Shown: positions 29,636 through 38,438 of the stretch, in pieces
How the letters are laid out: each line of letters opens with the position of its first letter
How positions within the stretch are numbered: the first letter of the stretch is position 1
From: Geopsychrobacteraceae bacterium
Lineage (GTDB): Bacteria; Desulfobacterota; Desulfuromonadia; Desulfuromonadales; Geopsychrobacteraceae
DNA length: 64,000 nt
Direction of reading: 5' to 3'
NCBI GenBank assembly: GCA_963676795.2
Contig: CAXXTB010000002.1
Coordinates: 1 to 64,000 of the forward strand
The notes under the pieces: model-generated
Database searches by the model: none
What the model was told of the DNA's origin: nothing
The model's input: only the letters and a program-made list of their open reading frames with translations
Program-made: the position numbers and the translations under genes

Positions 29636-29693
29636 GACTCGAAATCTGTTGTGGCGCAAGCCACCGGGAGTTCGAATCTCCCCCTCTCCGCCA
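29636..29693 (+). repeat. attR: displaced 3' part of tRNA-Ser(CGA)
   Basis: Runs from the anticodon loop to CCA; lacks the D-arm and the 5' acceptor strand. Confidence 0.93.
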
Positions 29694-29697
29694 TTAT

Positions 29698-29740
29698 AAA
29701 AGAATAGGGGCGTCCGAAAAACGGACGCCCCTATTCTTTT
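29698..29740. terminator. Bidirectional intrinsic terminator
   Basis: Perfect aaaagaataggggcgtccg/cggacgcccctattctttt stem. Confidence 0.85.
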
Positions 29741-29752
29741 AATCGTTGGATC

Positions 29753-29890
29753 GAGATTCGAAGCGCAGCGAGCGCAGACTAAATGTCTGAAAAGTGGCCA
29801 GGGATGGCCACGTCAGCGAGCGAAGGGGAGCCGACTCAGGGTTGAGCGTGAGGCAAAATCCGTTGTGGGCGCTCTTCCCCCTCTCCGCCA
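29753..29890 (+). repeat. tRNA-linked repeat ending in a duplicate of the tRNA-Ser(CGA) 3' end
   Basis: Homologous to 14074-14209; ends tccccctctccgcca. A further remnant starts at 29943. Confidence 0.85.
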
Positions 29891-29895
29891 TTTAT

Positions 29896-29936
29896 AAAAA
29901 GAAGGCTTTCTGTGAATCAGGAAGCCTTCTTTTTTT
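29896..29936. terminator. Intrinsic terminator
   Basis: aaaaagaaggctt/aagccttcttttt stem followed by T residues. Confidence 0.75.
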
Positions 29937-30201
29937 GTCGCCGGGGAGATTCGAGGCGTAGCGAGTGCAGTGAGGTTTAGAATCGTCACTGACTTTTACG
30001 TCATAGTGCCCAGTTTAATTTGGATGGCAGGGCCTCCGGCGGTAAAAAAATGTTCTTACGAATTGATATCTTCTTATTTTGTTGTAGAATGATCTGTCGA
30101 TTTATTTTTTCTGATTTTGGCTAGCCTTAGCCGTGTTTTGCGTGTCGTTTTTTTGTACGCAGTATACAGTAATGACACTTTTCAATTTGATGACAGGTGA
30201 T

Positions 30202-31731
30202 ATGTCTATAGCCACTAAATTTAAGTCTATATGCTTGGTCGTTGTTGTTTTATGTTGTGCTTCGGTTCCGGTTTTAGCCGTACCAGCAACCAGCCAGGTT
30301 CCCCTCGACAGCTGGGTTTATCCTGCTCTGGATAAGCTCAGTGCCTTTGGTTTGATTCATTCCTCTTTGCAGGGATCTCGTCCTTTTAGCAGATACGAAG
30401 CTGCTCGGCAGGTTGCAGAGGCTGCCTCTGCTGCTGAGTATCGAGATATTCCACCGGTTATTACTTCATTAATTGCCAGACTTGAGCGTGAGCTGAAAGA
30501 CTCTCTTGATGAGCTGAAAACAAATGTGGCGCCAGGATATATAAAGCCTCGAGAAATCAGGCTCAATTATGTTTCCCAGGACGGACAGGAGGCGGTTTAT
30601 TCGAATGGTGGAGTTGTGGCCAGTCAGTTTCCCCTTAATTATAATAACTCGGGGATAGAATATGTAGATCAAAACATGTCATTGAGTGTTCAGGGGGAAG
30701 TTCGCCTCGGCAGCCGTTTGCTGGTAGAGCTTAGACCTCAATTGCTGTTTTCTGAGGGTGATGAGAACGATGCCGAGCTCTCGTTGCTCGATGGACGGGT
30801 TGCACTGCAGTTGGGTAGTTTAGAGTTTTCAGCTGGCCGACAGGCACTTTGGTGGGGACCGGGGCGTCATGGTTCTTTGGTGTTGACCGATAATGCAGAA
30901 CCGCGTGACATGGTGCGCCTGACAAATCCCGTCCCAACTCTCCTGCCATCGATTTTCAAGTACCTTGGCCCTTTTAAGGTTGATGTTTTCTGGAGTCAGC
31001 TTGAAGAGGAGCGTGTTGTGCCTGACCCCTATTTCGCGGGTCTTCGTCTCAACTTTAAGCCTCTGCCATGGGTTGAGCTTGGCGCTTCGCGTACGGTTAT
31101 GTTTGGCGGAGAGGGGCGGCCCGATGTCGACTGGGACGAGTTTGTCACGATTCTGGGCGGAAAAAACCTCTCAGGAGGTGAGGATACCAGTAATTCGCTT
31201 GCCGCTATCGACGCCTTGATCCGTTTGCCATTTCTTTTCGGCGCTGAGATTTACGGCGAGGTTGGCGGCGAGGATGAGGCGAACCACTTTTTTTCCAAAG
31301 AAGCTTATCTTGCAGGCCTGTTCCTGCCGCAGCTTGAGCCGAGTGGCAGGTTGAGCTTGCGGGTCGAATATGCAGACATCTCGGAACCCGCCTGGTATCG
31401 ACATTCCCAATATCGGAGTGGTTATACTTACGAGGGGACGGTCATGGGCCACCACGCCGGGGGAGCTGCCAGAGATACCTGGCTTGAAATTGGTGTCATT
31501 GTGGCTCCCGAACTGCAGTTGGCCCTTGGCTTCGACTATGAAGAGCGTGGCCTTGACCAGCCGCACAGCGAAGAGTACCGCGAGATGCAACTGTCGCTGG
31601 ACTGGGCGTTCGCCGAACATTATTCACTCAATGGCGCTTTCGCTTATGGCCGGGCGGAAAACTTCAATTTTGTGGCCGGTAATGACAAGGACTTCAGTCT
31701 GATGACCGTCGGTTTGCGCGGACATTGGTGA
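30202..31731 (+). CDS. Capsule assembly Wzi family outer-membrane protein
   Basis: Signal peptide, GRQALWWGPGRHGSLVLTDNA motif and terminal Trp. Confidence 0.85.
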   Translation: MSIATKFKSICLVVVVLCCASVPVLAVPATSQVPLDSWVYPALDKLSAFGLIHSSLQGSRPFSRYEAARQVAEAASAAEYRDIPPVITSLIARLERELKDSLDELKTNVAPGYIKPREIRLNYVSQDGQEAVYSNGGVVASQFPLNYNNSGIEYVDQNMSLSVQGEVRLGSRLLVELRPQLLFSEGDENDAELSLLDGRVALQLGSLEFSAGRQALWWGPGRHGSLVLTDNAEPRDMVRLTNPVPTLLPSIFKYLGPFKVDVFWSQLEEERVVPDPYFAGLRLNFKPLPWVELGASRTVMFGGEGRPDVDWDEFVTILGGKNLSGGEDTSNSLAAIDALIRLPFLFGAEIYGEVGGEDEANHFFSKEAYLAGLFLPQLEPSGRLSLRVEYADISEPAWYRHSQYRSGYTYEGTVMGHHAGGAARDTWLEIGVIVAPELQLALGFDYEERGLDQPHSEEYREMQLSLDWAFAEHYSLNGAFAYGRAENFNFVAGNDKDFSLMTVGLRGHW

Positions 31732-31757
31732 TCTTTTCTGGGAGAGTTGATGTGTTG

Positions 31758-34364
31758 ATGAGGAACCGTTGTACTTTTGTTATGTTGCTGACCCTTCTGG
31801 GACTCTTGCTCTTTTTGTCGTGCCCGGCTTTTGCTGCTGATTACGGGGCAAAATATACGTCGGCAGTGAACGATTATTGGCAGAATCTGAGTCAGGAAGA
31901 GCAGGAAAAGGTGTTGCAGAATCTCTCTTCCGAGCAGCGTCAGAGCTTGCAGGCAGGACAGCAAGAGCCAAGGACTCTGACTTCACAGCAGTATGAGCAG
32001 GTTCAGTATTCCGCCACCGATTCAGTGTCACAGGTGATGACCCCGGAGCGGGGAGCCGAACTTCCCCCAGATCAATTCTCTGCAACCCAAGAGAGGCAGG
32101 TGGAGGTTCCTTCGCAGGCGGAGCGCTATTTCATGCAGCTGGCCGGTGAGGAAAAGACTCCCCGCGGTCAGATTTCGCTGAAGACTGAACCGCTGAACCA
32201 GTTCGGCTTCGATTTTTTTGACAACTCCCAAGGGTTTCAGGCCGATCAGGCCGGTCTTGTCGGACCGGACTATGTGCTTGGACCGGGTGATGTCTTGCGG
32301 ATAGATGTCTGGGGCAATATCGAAGGACACTACCAGGCCCAGGTGGACCGTAACGGTGAGATCGTTCTTCCTAAAGTTGGTGTCGTCAATCTTGTTGGGC
32401 AGAACTTTGCCCAGGCCAAAGAGACGATCAACCGGCAGATCGGCAAGTACTTCAAACAGTACCAGGTCAATGTCGCTCTCGACAGCCTGCGTTCCATCAA
32501 TGTCTTTCTGGTAGGCGAAGTCAATGCGCCGGGAACCTACCGGGTCAGTTCCATGAGTACCGTGCTGACAGTTCTTTCGTCCGCTGGAGGGCCGTCAAAA
32601 AACGGCAGTCTGCGTGAGATCAAGGTCCTGCGCGGTGGCCAGCAGTTGGCTCTCATTGACTTTTATAATTTTTTCCGGAGCGGGGACAACAGTCAGGATG
32701 TTCGTCTTCAGTCGGGTGACACTATCCTGGTGCCGATCGCCGGAGCCCAGGTCGGCATCTCGGGGGGTGTCAGGCGGCCGGCGATCTATGAGCTGACGCC
32801 GACCGAGACCCTTGGAGATCTGGTCGGGATGGCCGGTGGCCTTGTTTCGACGGCCTACCTGCAGAAGGTCAGATTGCAGCGGGTCGTCGCGCACAACAAT
32901 GCGGCCGTAATCGATCTGTCGCTGACCGGAACAGAAGAGCAGGTCGCAAGCGCTTTAAGCTACCCGCTGCAAGATCGCGATCTGGTTCAGATTGCGCCGA
33001 TAACCGATGCCGGTGGATTTGTCACCCTGGTCGGCTACGTTGCCCGGCCGGGCGAGTACCAGCTGGAACCGGGGATGAGGCTTGCCGACCTGTTGCTGAA
33101 GTACAATAATCTGCTCCCTGAATATTTCCCCCAGACCGCACAGATTGTCCGCAAATCAGCCCCGGCATACCGGCCGGAGATACTGACCGTTAATCTGCAG
33201 CAGGCTCTGAACGGAGATGCGCAAAACAATATCCAACTGCAGGAATACGACCTGGTTCGTCTGTTTTCGACGGAAGAAATGCAGGAGCTGCCTGAGGTCA
33301 CTATCTCTGGTGCCGTGCTTAAGCCCGGAACCTATCGCTTGCTCGATAAGATGACGGTTGCTGATGTCGTTGCGGTTGCCGGTAACCTGAAAAGGGGCGC
33401 CTATCTCGATCTTGCCGAGCTGACCCGTTATGTGTCGAGCGGCAAGGACACCAATGTCGAACGCTATGAAATCAATCTGGGCGAGGCCTTGGCCCATGAT
33501 GCGGCCAATAATCTGCAATTGCAGCCGAATGATCACCTGATCGTCAGATCCATCCCGGATTTTAACGATCGTTACATGATGACCCTGAAGGGGGCGGTTC
33601 GGTTCCCTGGTAAATATGCGATTGGCAAGGGTGAGACGCTCTCCTCGGTTCTGGAACGGGCCGGTGGTTTCACTGACAAGTCATACCTGCGCGGGGCGGT
33701 TTTCAGCCGCGAATCCCTCAAGGAAGCACAGCAGAAGCAGATCGACAAGCTGATCGCCGAAGAGCAACAGCAGCTGTCAAGAATTGCTCAGGAAATTGCA
33801 GTCGGGGCGATGAGTGCGGAGGAATCCAAGTCGGCTGAGACCCTGCTGGAAAACCGGAAAACCCTGATCGAGGACCTGAAGAAAACACCGCCAACCGGAC
33901 GCCTGGTCATTGCGCTGACAGAACTCAATGAATTTAAGGGAAGCCCTCAGGATATTATGCTGATGGACAGGGACGAACTGATTATTCCGGAAAATCCACA
34001 GACCGTCAATGTTCAGGGCGAGGTCTACAATTCGACCTCGCTCAGCTGGATTCCCGGCAAAACCGTCAGTTACTACCTGGGAAAAGTCGGCGGCGCCAAG
34101 GAAACCGCCAACGACGACGAAATGTTCATCGTCCGTGCGGACGGCACGGTGGTTAGCAAACAGCAGGGAGGCCGCGGTATTGGCTGGGACAAGGAAAACT
34201 GGCGCTGGACCTTCGGCGGTTTCAACAACACGATCCTTTACCCGGGGGACTCGATCCTGGTGCCGGAGAAATACAAGCAGTACGACTGGCTGAGAGAGAC
34301 CAAGGATATCAGCGCCATCATCTACCAGATGGCCTTGGGCGCGGCGGCAGTGGCAAGCTTTTGA
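31758..34364 (+). CDS. Polysaccharide export protein with multiple SLBB domains (Wza/KpsD/OtnA-like)
   Basis: DYVLGPGDVLRI..WG, VGEVNAPGTY and repeated GxVxxPGxY...AGG units. Confidence 0.9.
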   Translation: MRNRCTFVMLLTLLGLLLFLSCPAFAADYGAKYTSAVNDYWQNLSQEEQEKVLQNLSSEQRQSLQAGQQEPRTLTSQQYEQVQYSATDSVSQVMTPERGAELPPDQFSATQERQVEVPSQAERYFMQLAGEEKTPRGQISLKTEPLNQFGFDFFDNSQGFQADQAGLVGPDYVLGPGDVLRIDVWGNIEGHYQAQVDRNGEIVLPKVGVVNLVGQNFAQAKETINRQIGKYFKQYQVNVALDSLRSINVFLVGEVNAPGTYRVSSMSTVLTVLSSAGGPSKNGSLREIKVLRGGQQLALIDFYNFFRSGDNSQDVRLQSGDTILVPIAGAQVGISGGVRRPAIYELTPTETLGDLVGMAGGLVSTAYLQKVRLQRVVAHNNAAVIDLSLTGTEEQVASALSYPLQDRDLVQIAPITDAGGFVTLVGYVARPGEYQLEPGMRLADLLLKYNNLLPEYFPQTAQIVRKSAPAYRPEILTVNLQQALNGDAQNNIQLQEYDLVRLFSTEEMQELPEVTISGAVLKPGTYRLLDKMTVADVVAVAGNLKRGAYLDLAELTRYVSSGKDTNVERYEINLGEALAHDAANNLQLQPNDHLIVRSIPDFNDRYMMTLKGAVRFPGKYAIGKGETLSSVLERAGGFTDKSYLRGAVFSRESLKEAQQKQIDKLIAEEQQQLSRIAQEIAVGAMSAEESKSAETLLENRKTLIEDLKKTPPTGRLVIALTELNEFKGSPQDIMLMDRDELIIPENPQTVNVQGEVYNSTSLSWIPGKTVSYYLGKVGGAKETANDDEMFIVRADGTVVSKQQGGRGIGWDKENWRWTFGGFNNTILYPGDSILVPEKYKQYDWLRETKDISAIIYQMALGAAAVASF

Positions 34365-34367
34365 GGA

Positions 34368-34553
34368 CTGTGAAGCGAGAGAGGCCGTGAAGTGTGAAGC
34401 GTTAATCGTGAAGCGAGAATGGGGACAGTTTGCGAGTAACGGGTCACGATTCACGGTCTACAGGCAACGAATAACGATTCACGAGTAACGGATCACGAGT
34501 AACGGATCACGAGTAACGGATCACGAGTAACGGATCACGAGTAACGGATCACG
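34368..34553. repeat. Heptamer-based bipartite repeat block R1
   Basis: GTGAA-type arm followed by a TCACG/TAACG arm containing 5 copies of tcacgagtaacgga (34479-34548). Confidence 0.9.
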
Positions 34554-34569
34554 CTGCCATTAACGGACA

Positions 34570-34926
34570 ATGCTCATGCATAAAAAACTGGATGTATGGA
34601 ATGTAGCCGTTGAACTTGCGACATCGATATATAGGTTGACGCAGGAGTTTCCTGCCGAAGAGAAATTTGGCTTGGCTTCACAAATGAGGAAAGCTTCAGT
34701 ATCAATCAGCTCAAATATTGCAGAAGGCGCAGCAAGACAAACTGCAAAAGAGTATATCCAGTTTTTGTATATAGCTTCCGGTTCGGCAAGTGAACTGGAT
34801 ACGCAGTTAGTGATCGCAGAGAAGGTTGGCCTGATTTCAGAGATGGATAGCACTGAGATAAAAACGAAGCTGAAATCTGTATCTCAGATGCTGCATGGCT
34901 TGATAAGACGGCTTAAGAGGCCGTGA
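34570..34926 (+). CDS. Four-helix-bundle protein (IVP/S23-like)
   Basis: LDVW, FPAEEKFGLASQMRKASVSISSNIAEG and ASGSASELDTQL motifs. Confidence 0.93.
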   Translation: MLMHKKLDVWNVAVELATSIYRLTQEFPAEEKFGLASQMRKASVSISSNIAEGAARQTAKEYIQFLYIASGSASELDTQLVIAEKVGLISEMDSTEIKTKLKSVSQMLHGLIRRLKRP

Positions 34927-35112
34927 AGTGTGAATCGTGAAAGACCGTGAATTGTGAATCGTGAAGCGTGAATGGTTAAAACGAATCACGAGTAACGAAT
35001 CACGAGTAACGGTTCACAAGTAACGGTTCACAAGTAACGGTTCACAAGTAACGGTTCACAAGTAACGGTTTTGCAGATAACGAATCACGGTCCTACAAGT
35101 AACGAGTAACGA
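34916..35112. repeat. Heptamer-based bipartite repeat block R2
   Basis: agaggccgtgaagtgtgaa... followed by tandem tcac(g/a)agtaacg(aa/gt) units. Confidence 0.9.
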
Positions 35113-35116
35113 TTTA

Positions 35117-35422
35117 ATGCGCTTAACACAGTTTCAAATAGCAACACTAAAGCAGGTCGCCGGCGAGGTTTTCGGATCGGAGATTCAGCTCTACCTGTTC
35201 GGCTCACGGGTTGATGACCAGCGGGCTGGCGGGGATATTGATCTATATGTCGTCGGTTTTAATCGGTCAATAGAACAACAAGTGGATGCTAAGATTAGTT
35301 TCTTGGCCAAAGTTAAAATGGTTCTTGGTGAACAGCGCGTCGACCTTGTTTTTGCACCGCAAGAAGGGCAGCCGCATTTGCCAATTCATCAGCAGGCGGA
35401 ACTAACAGGAGTACTCTTGTGA
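35117..35422 (+). CDS. Minimal nucleotidyltransferase (MNT)
   Basis: YLFGSRVDDQRAGGDIDL (GS-x10-DxD) and a downstream VDLV. Confidence 0.88.
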   Translation: MRLTQFQIATLKQVAGEVFGSEIQLYLFGSRVDDQRAGGDIDLYVVGFNRSIEQQVDAKISFLAKVKMVLGEQRVDLVFAPQEGQPHLPIHQQAELTGVLL

Positions 35423-35892
35423 ATCGTGACGAAATCATCAGTTTCAAACTGAAACCGGCTTTGGAGGAATGCGAGTTGCACCTGCGGCGCTTGCATAGCG
35501 CCTGGCAAGAGGCCGTGACATTTGAACCGTTACAGACAGGCCTAATGGGTGAGTTAACGGAGGACCAGATAAAAACCCTGGATCAGTTGCTGTTTCGCTT
35601 CGGCAAACTGCAGGATGCAATAGGGACGCGTCTGTTGCCCGCGACGCTACAGCTGGTTGAAGAGTGGCGAGATAACGAGCCATTCCTGGATAAACTGAAC
35701 AGGGCCGAAAAGCTCGGCATCCTTTCGTCAGTGGAACAGTGGCAGTTGCTGCGGGAATTACGCAACCAAACTGCCCACGAATATCCGAATCAACCCGAAA
35801 TGGTCAAAGCAAACCTCGCCAGATTGCTGGCCCAGGTTCCGGTTTTGGAAGAGATTCATCAGCGGATAACCGAATGGCTGGCAAAACGTTGA
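35419..35892 (+). CDS. HEPN-domain protein (putative RNase toxin)
   Basis: LRNQTAHEY (R-x4-H); 4-nt overlap with the MNT gene. Confidence 0.85.
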   Translation: MNRDEIISFKLKPALEECELHLRRLHSAWQEAVTFEPLQTGLMGELTEDQIKTLDQLLFRFGKLQDAIGTRLLPATLQLVEEWRDNEPFLDKLNRAEKLGILSSVEQWQLLRELRNQTAHEYPNQPEMVKANLARLLAQVPVLEEIHQRITEWLAKR

Positions 35893-36176
35893 AGGGCCGT
35901 GAATCGTGAAGTGTGGAAAGACCGTGAAGTGTGTCAGACCGTGAAGTGTGAATGGTAAAGCGTGAATGGTAAAGCGTGAATGGTAAAGCGTGAATGGTAA
36001 AGCGTGAATGGTAAAGCGTGAATGGTAAAGCGTGAATGGTAAAGCGTGAATGGTAAAGCGTGAATGGTTGAAAGCAGTAACGAATCACGAGTCACAAGTA
36101 ACGAATCACGAGTCACAAGTAACGAGTAACGATTCACAAGTAACGAGTAACGATTCACAAGTAACGAGTAACGAAT
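35893..36176. repeat. Heptamer-based bipartite repeat block R3
   Basis: 8 perfect copies of gtgaatggtaaagc (35948-36059) followed by 21-nt-period gtaacga/tcacga/tcacaa units. Confidence 0.93.
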
Positions 36177-36206
36177 ATGGACTTAACATACAACGGATTA
36201 CAATAA

Positions 36207-37424
36207 ATGACGGAACATACGAATAAAGACCAAAACGTCCAAATGCTGCAACCAGACGACGAGATCAACCTGCTCGAACTGCTTCTTGTCATTGTTCAGC
36301 ATAAAAAGATGATCATCCTGACCTGTGTGATCACCTTTATTGTCGCCTGCGGGCTGACGCTGCTGATGCCTAATATCTATACAGCGACGGCCAGAGTGTT
36401 GCCTCCTCAGGAGGATTCGGGTGGTTTAAGTTCTATGCTTGGCAGTATGGGCGGACTTGCCTCTCTGGCTGGTATTTCGACCGGTGGTGGCAAGGGCGAT
36501 TTATACGTCGGGATGCTCAAAAGCCGGACAGTCAGTGACGCAATAATCGATCGTTTCGATTTGATGAAATATTATGAATGGAATTCACGGACTGGTGCTT
36601 ATAGTGAATTAGCTGGCAAAGCAAAATTTTCTCTTGGCAAGGATGATGGCATCATGACTGTCAGCTTTGAAGACGAAGATCCAAAATTTGCGGCCGATAT
36701 CGCCAATGCCTATGTCGAGGAGCTGCAGAAGTTGAACGTCAAGATCAACTTGAATAATGCTGGAAGAGAACGCGTCTTTCTGGAAGATCGGCTCAATGTT
36801 GTTAAAACGGATCTTGCTCAGGCAGAAGATGCTCTCAAGGAGTTTCAGGAGAAGAACAAGGCGATCAGAATCGATGATCAGGCCAGTGCCATTATCGGCG
36901 CCATTGCAACACTAAAGGGAGAATTGGCCAGCAAAGAGGTTGAGTTAGGAGTGCTGCTATCAGCACAGACAGATCGGAACCCACAAGTTATTGCCATGCG
37001 TGAAGGAATCGCTCAGGTCAAGGATCAAATATCAAAGCTCGAACGTTCACCAGAAGGGAAAAAAATCTCGGACGACATCTTCTTGGCGACCTCCGAAGTT
37101 CCCGAACTGGGTGTTCAATATGCGCGATTGCTGCGAAATTTTAAGGTCCAAGAAACTTTGTTTGAGTTGCTGACTAAGCAGTATGAGATCTCCAAGATTA
37201 ACGAAGCCAAGAATACATCTACAATTCAAGTATTGGATAGCGCTATTCCTGCGGACAGTAAAACTAAGCCGAGACGAGGAAGAATTGTCCTACTTGCAAC
37301 TTTTTGCGCAGCTTTTTTATCATTCATTGCCGCCTTGGTGCTAGCTTTTGGGCGAAAAATTGACGATGAGGATCGTCAGCGGTGGGAACTGATAAAGAGG
37401 CAACTGATATTTTTTAGGAAGTAA
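36207..37424 (+). CDS. Wzz/GumC-type polysaccharide co-polymerase (no kinase domain)
   Basis: DEINLLELL, two TM helices, coiled coil and VLDSAIPADSKTKPRR. Confidence 0.9.
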   Translation: MTEHTNKDQNVQMLQPDDEINLLELLLVIVQHKKMIILTCVITFIVACGLTLLMPNIYTATARVLPPQEDSGGLSSMLGSMGGLASLAGISTGGGKGDLYVGMLKSRTVSDAIIDRFDLMKYYEWNSRTGAYSELAGKAKFSLGKDDGIMTVSFEDEDPKFAADIANAYVEELQKLNVKINLNNAGRERVFLEDRLNVVKTDLAQAEDALKEFQEKNKAIRIDDQASAIIGAIATLKGELASKEVELGVLLSAQTDRNPQVIAMREGIAQVKDQISKLERSPEGKKISDDIFLATSEVPELGVQYARLLRNFKVQETLFELLTKQYEISKINEAKNTSTIQVLDSAIPADSKTKPRRGRIVLLATFCAAFLSFIAALVLAFGRKIDDEDRQRWELIKRQLIFFRK

Positions 37425-37478
37425 CAGAAATTGTAAAAGACGGATTTTTCCTATTTAGTCAAGTGATAATGAGTGCTT

Positions 37479-38438
37479 ATGAAAAACTTTGCGTTGATAG
37501 GGGTCGGTGGCTATATTGCTCCGCGGCACATGAAGGCGATAAAAGAGACAGGGAATGATCTTGTTGCGGCGATTGATAAAAATGATTCTGTTGGAATAAT
37601 GGACTCGTTCTTCCCCAAATCACATTTTTTTACAGAATTTGAACGCTTTGATCGACATGTTGAAAAACTACGCAGAGAAAATGCGGGTCGGGAGGTAAAT
37701 TATGTGAGCATATGTTCACCAAATTATTTGCATGATGCTCATATAAGATTTGCGCTGCGGGCGCATGCAAATGCTATATGTGAAAAGCCGCTTGTTTTAA
37801 ACCCTTGGAATATAGACCCATTGCAGGAAATAGAGAGTGAGACAGGAAAGAGGATCAATACCATCCTCCAGCTGCGTCTGCATCCTAGTATTGTCGCTTT
37901 AAAAGAGAAGGTTGAGTGTCTTCTCAAGGAGGATCCCGGTAAGGTATTTGATGTCGATCTGAATTACCTGACTTCGAGAGGGCGCTGGTATCATATAAGC
38001 TGGAAGGGAGATGTCGATAAATCCGGGGGAGTTGCTACGAATATTGGTGTGCATTTTTTTGATATGCTGTCGTATATCTTTGGACCTGTGCAGAAGAATA
38101 TCAATAATATTCATACAAAAGATACTGCTGCAGGCTATCTGGAGTTGAAACATGCGCGTATCCGTTGGTTTCTTAGTGTCAGCTCTGAATATTTACCCGC
38201 TGCGGTGAAGGCTGCTGAAAAGACTACGTTTAGATCAATAACTGTTGATGGTGTTGAGTTTGAATTCTCTGGCGGTTTTACTGATTTGCATACAAAAAGT
38301 TACGAAGAGATTCTTGCCGGACGTGGGTTTGGACTAGATTCTGTGAGAAATTGCATTCAGATAGTTCATGATTATCGTGAAGCCATTCCTGTCGGCTTAA
38401 AGGGAGACTATCATCCTTTCTGCGTCAAGGTGAAATGA
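37479..38438 (+). CDS. wbpB: UDP-GlcNAcA 3-dehydrogenase (Gfo/Idh/MocA)
   Basis: MKNFALIGVGGYIAPRHMKAI, ICSPNYLH, CEKP and GGVATNIGVHFFD closely resemble WbpB. Confidence 0.85.
   Translation: MKNFALIGVGGYIAPRHMKAIKETGNDLVAAIDKNDSVGIMDSFFPKSHFFTEFERFDRHVEKLRRENAGREVNYVSICSPNYLHDAHIRFALRAHANAICEKPLVLNPWNIDPLQEIESETGKRINTILQLRLHPSIVALKEKVECLLKEDPGKVFDVDLNYLTSRGRWYHISWKGDVDKSGGVATNIGVHFFDMLSYIFGPVQKNINNIHTKDTAAGYLELKHARIRWFLSVSSEYLPAAVKAAEKTTFRSITVDGVEFEFSGGFTDLHTKSYEEILAGRGFGLDSVRNCIQIVHDYREAIPVGLKGDYHPFCVKVK

Larger units (their letters stand above)
22698..29693. mobile_element. Integrative element (~7 kb) in tRNA-Ser(CGA)
   Basis: 58-nt direct repeats 22698-22755 and 29636-29693 with 4 mismatches; adjacent tyrosine integrase; AT-rich cargo. 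Confidence 0.93.

Noticed and set aside
29636..29693. A further functional tRNA-Ser
   Set aside because: It lacks the 5' acceptor strand, the D-arm and most of the 5' anticodon stem; it is attR.
30006..30045. JUMPStart/ops element upstream of wzi
   Set aside because: Only ggcggta matches; the AGnnTG continuation and the rest of the JUMPStart consensus are absent.
34570..34926. 23S rRNA intervening sequence
   Set aside because: The family name suggests it, but no rRNA sequence flanks the gene.
35804..36158. Repetitive minus-strand ORFs (FTLYHSRFTIHALP...)
   Set aside because: These are translations of the 14-nt tandem repeat.
34368..36176. CRISPR array or diversity-generating retroelement (Avd-like gene)
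   Set aside because: The repeats are contiguous with no unique spacers; no reverse transcriptase and no TR/VR pair is seen.
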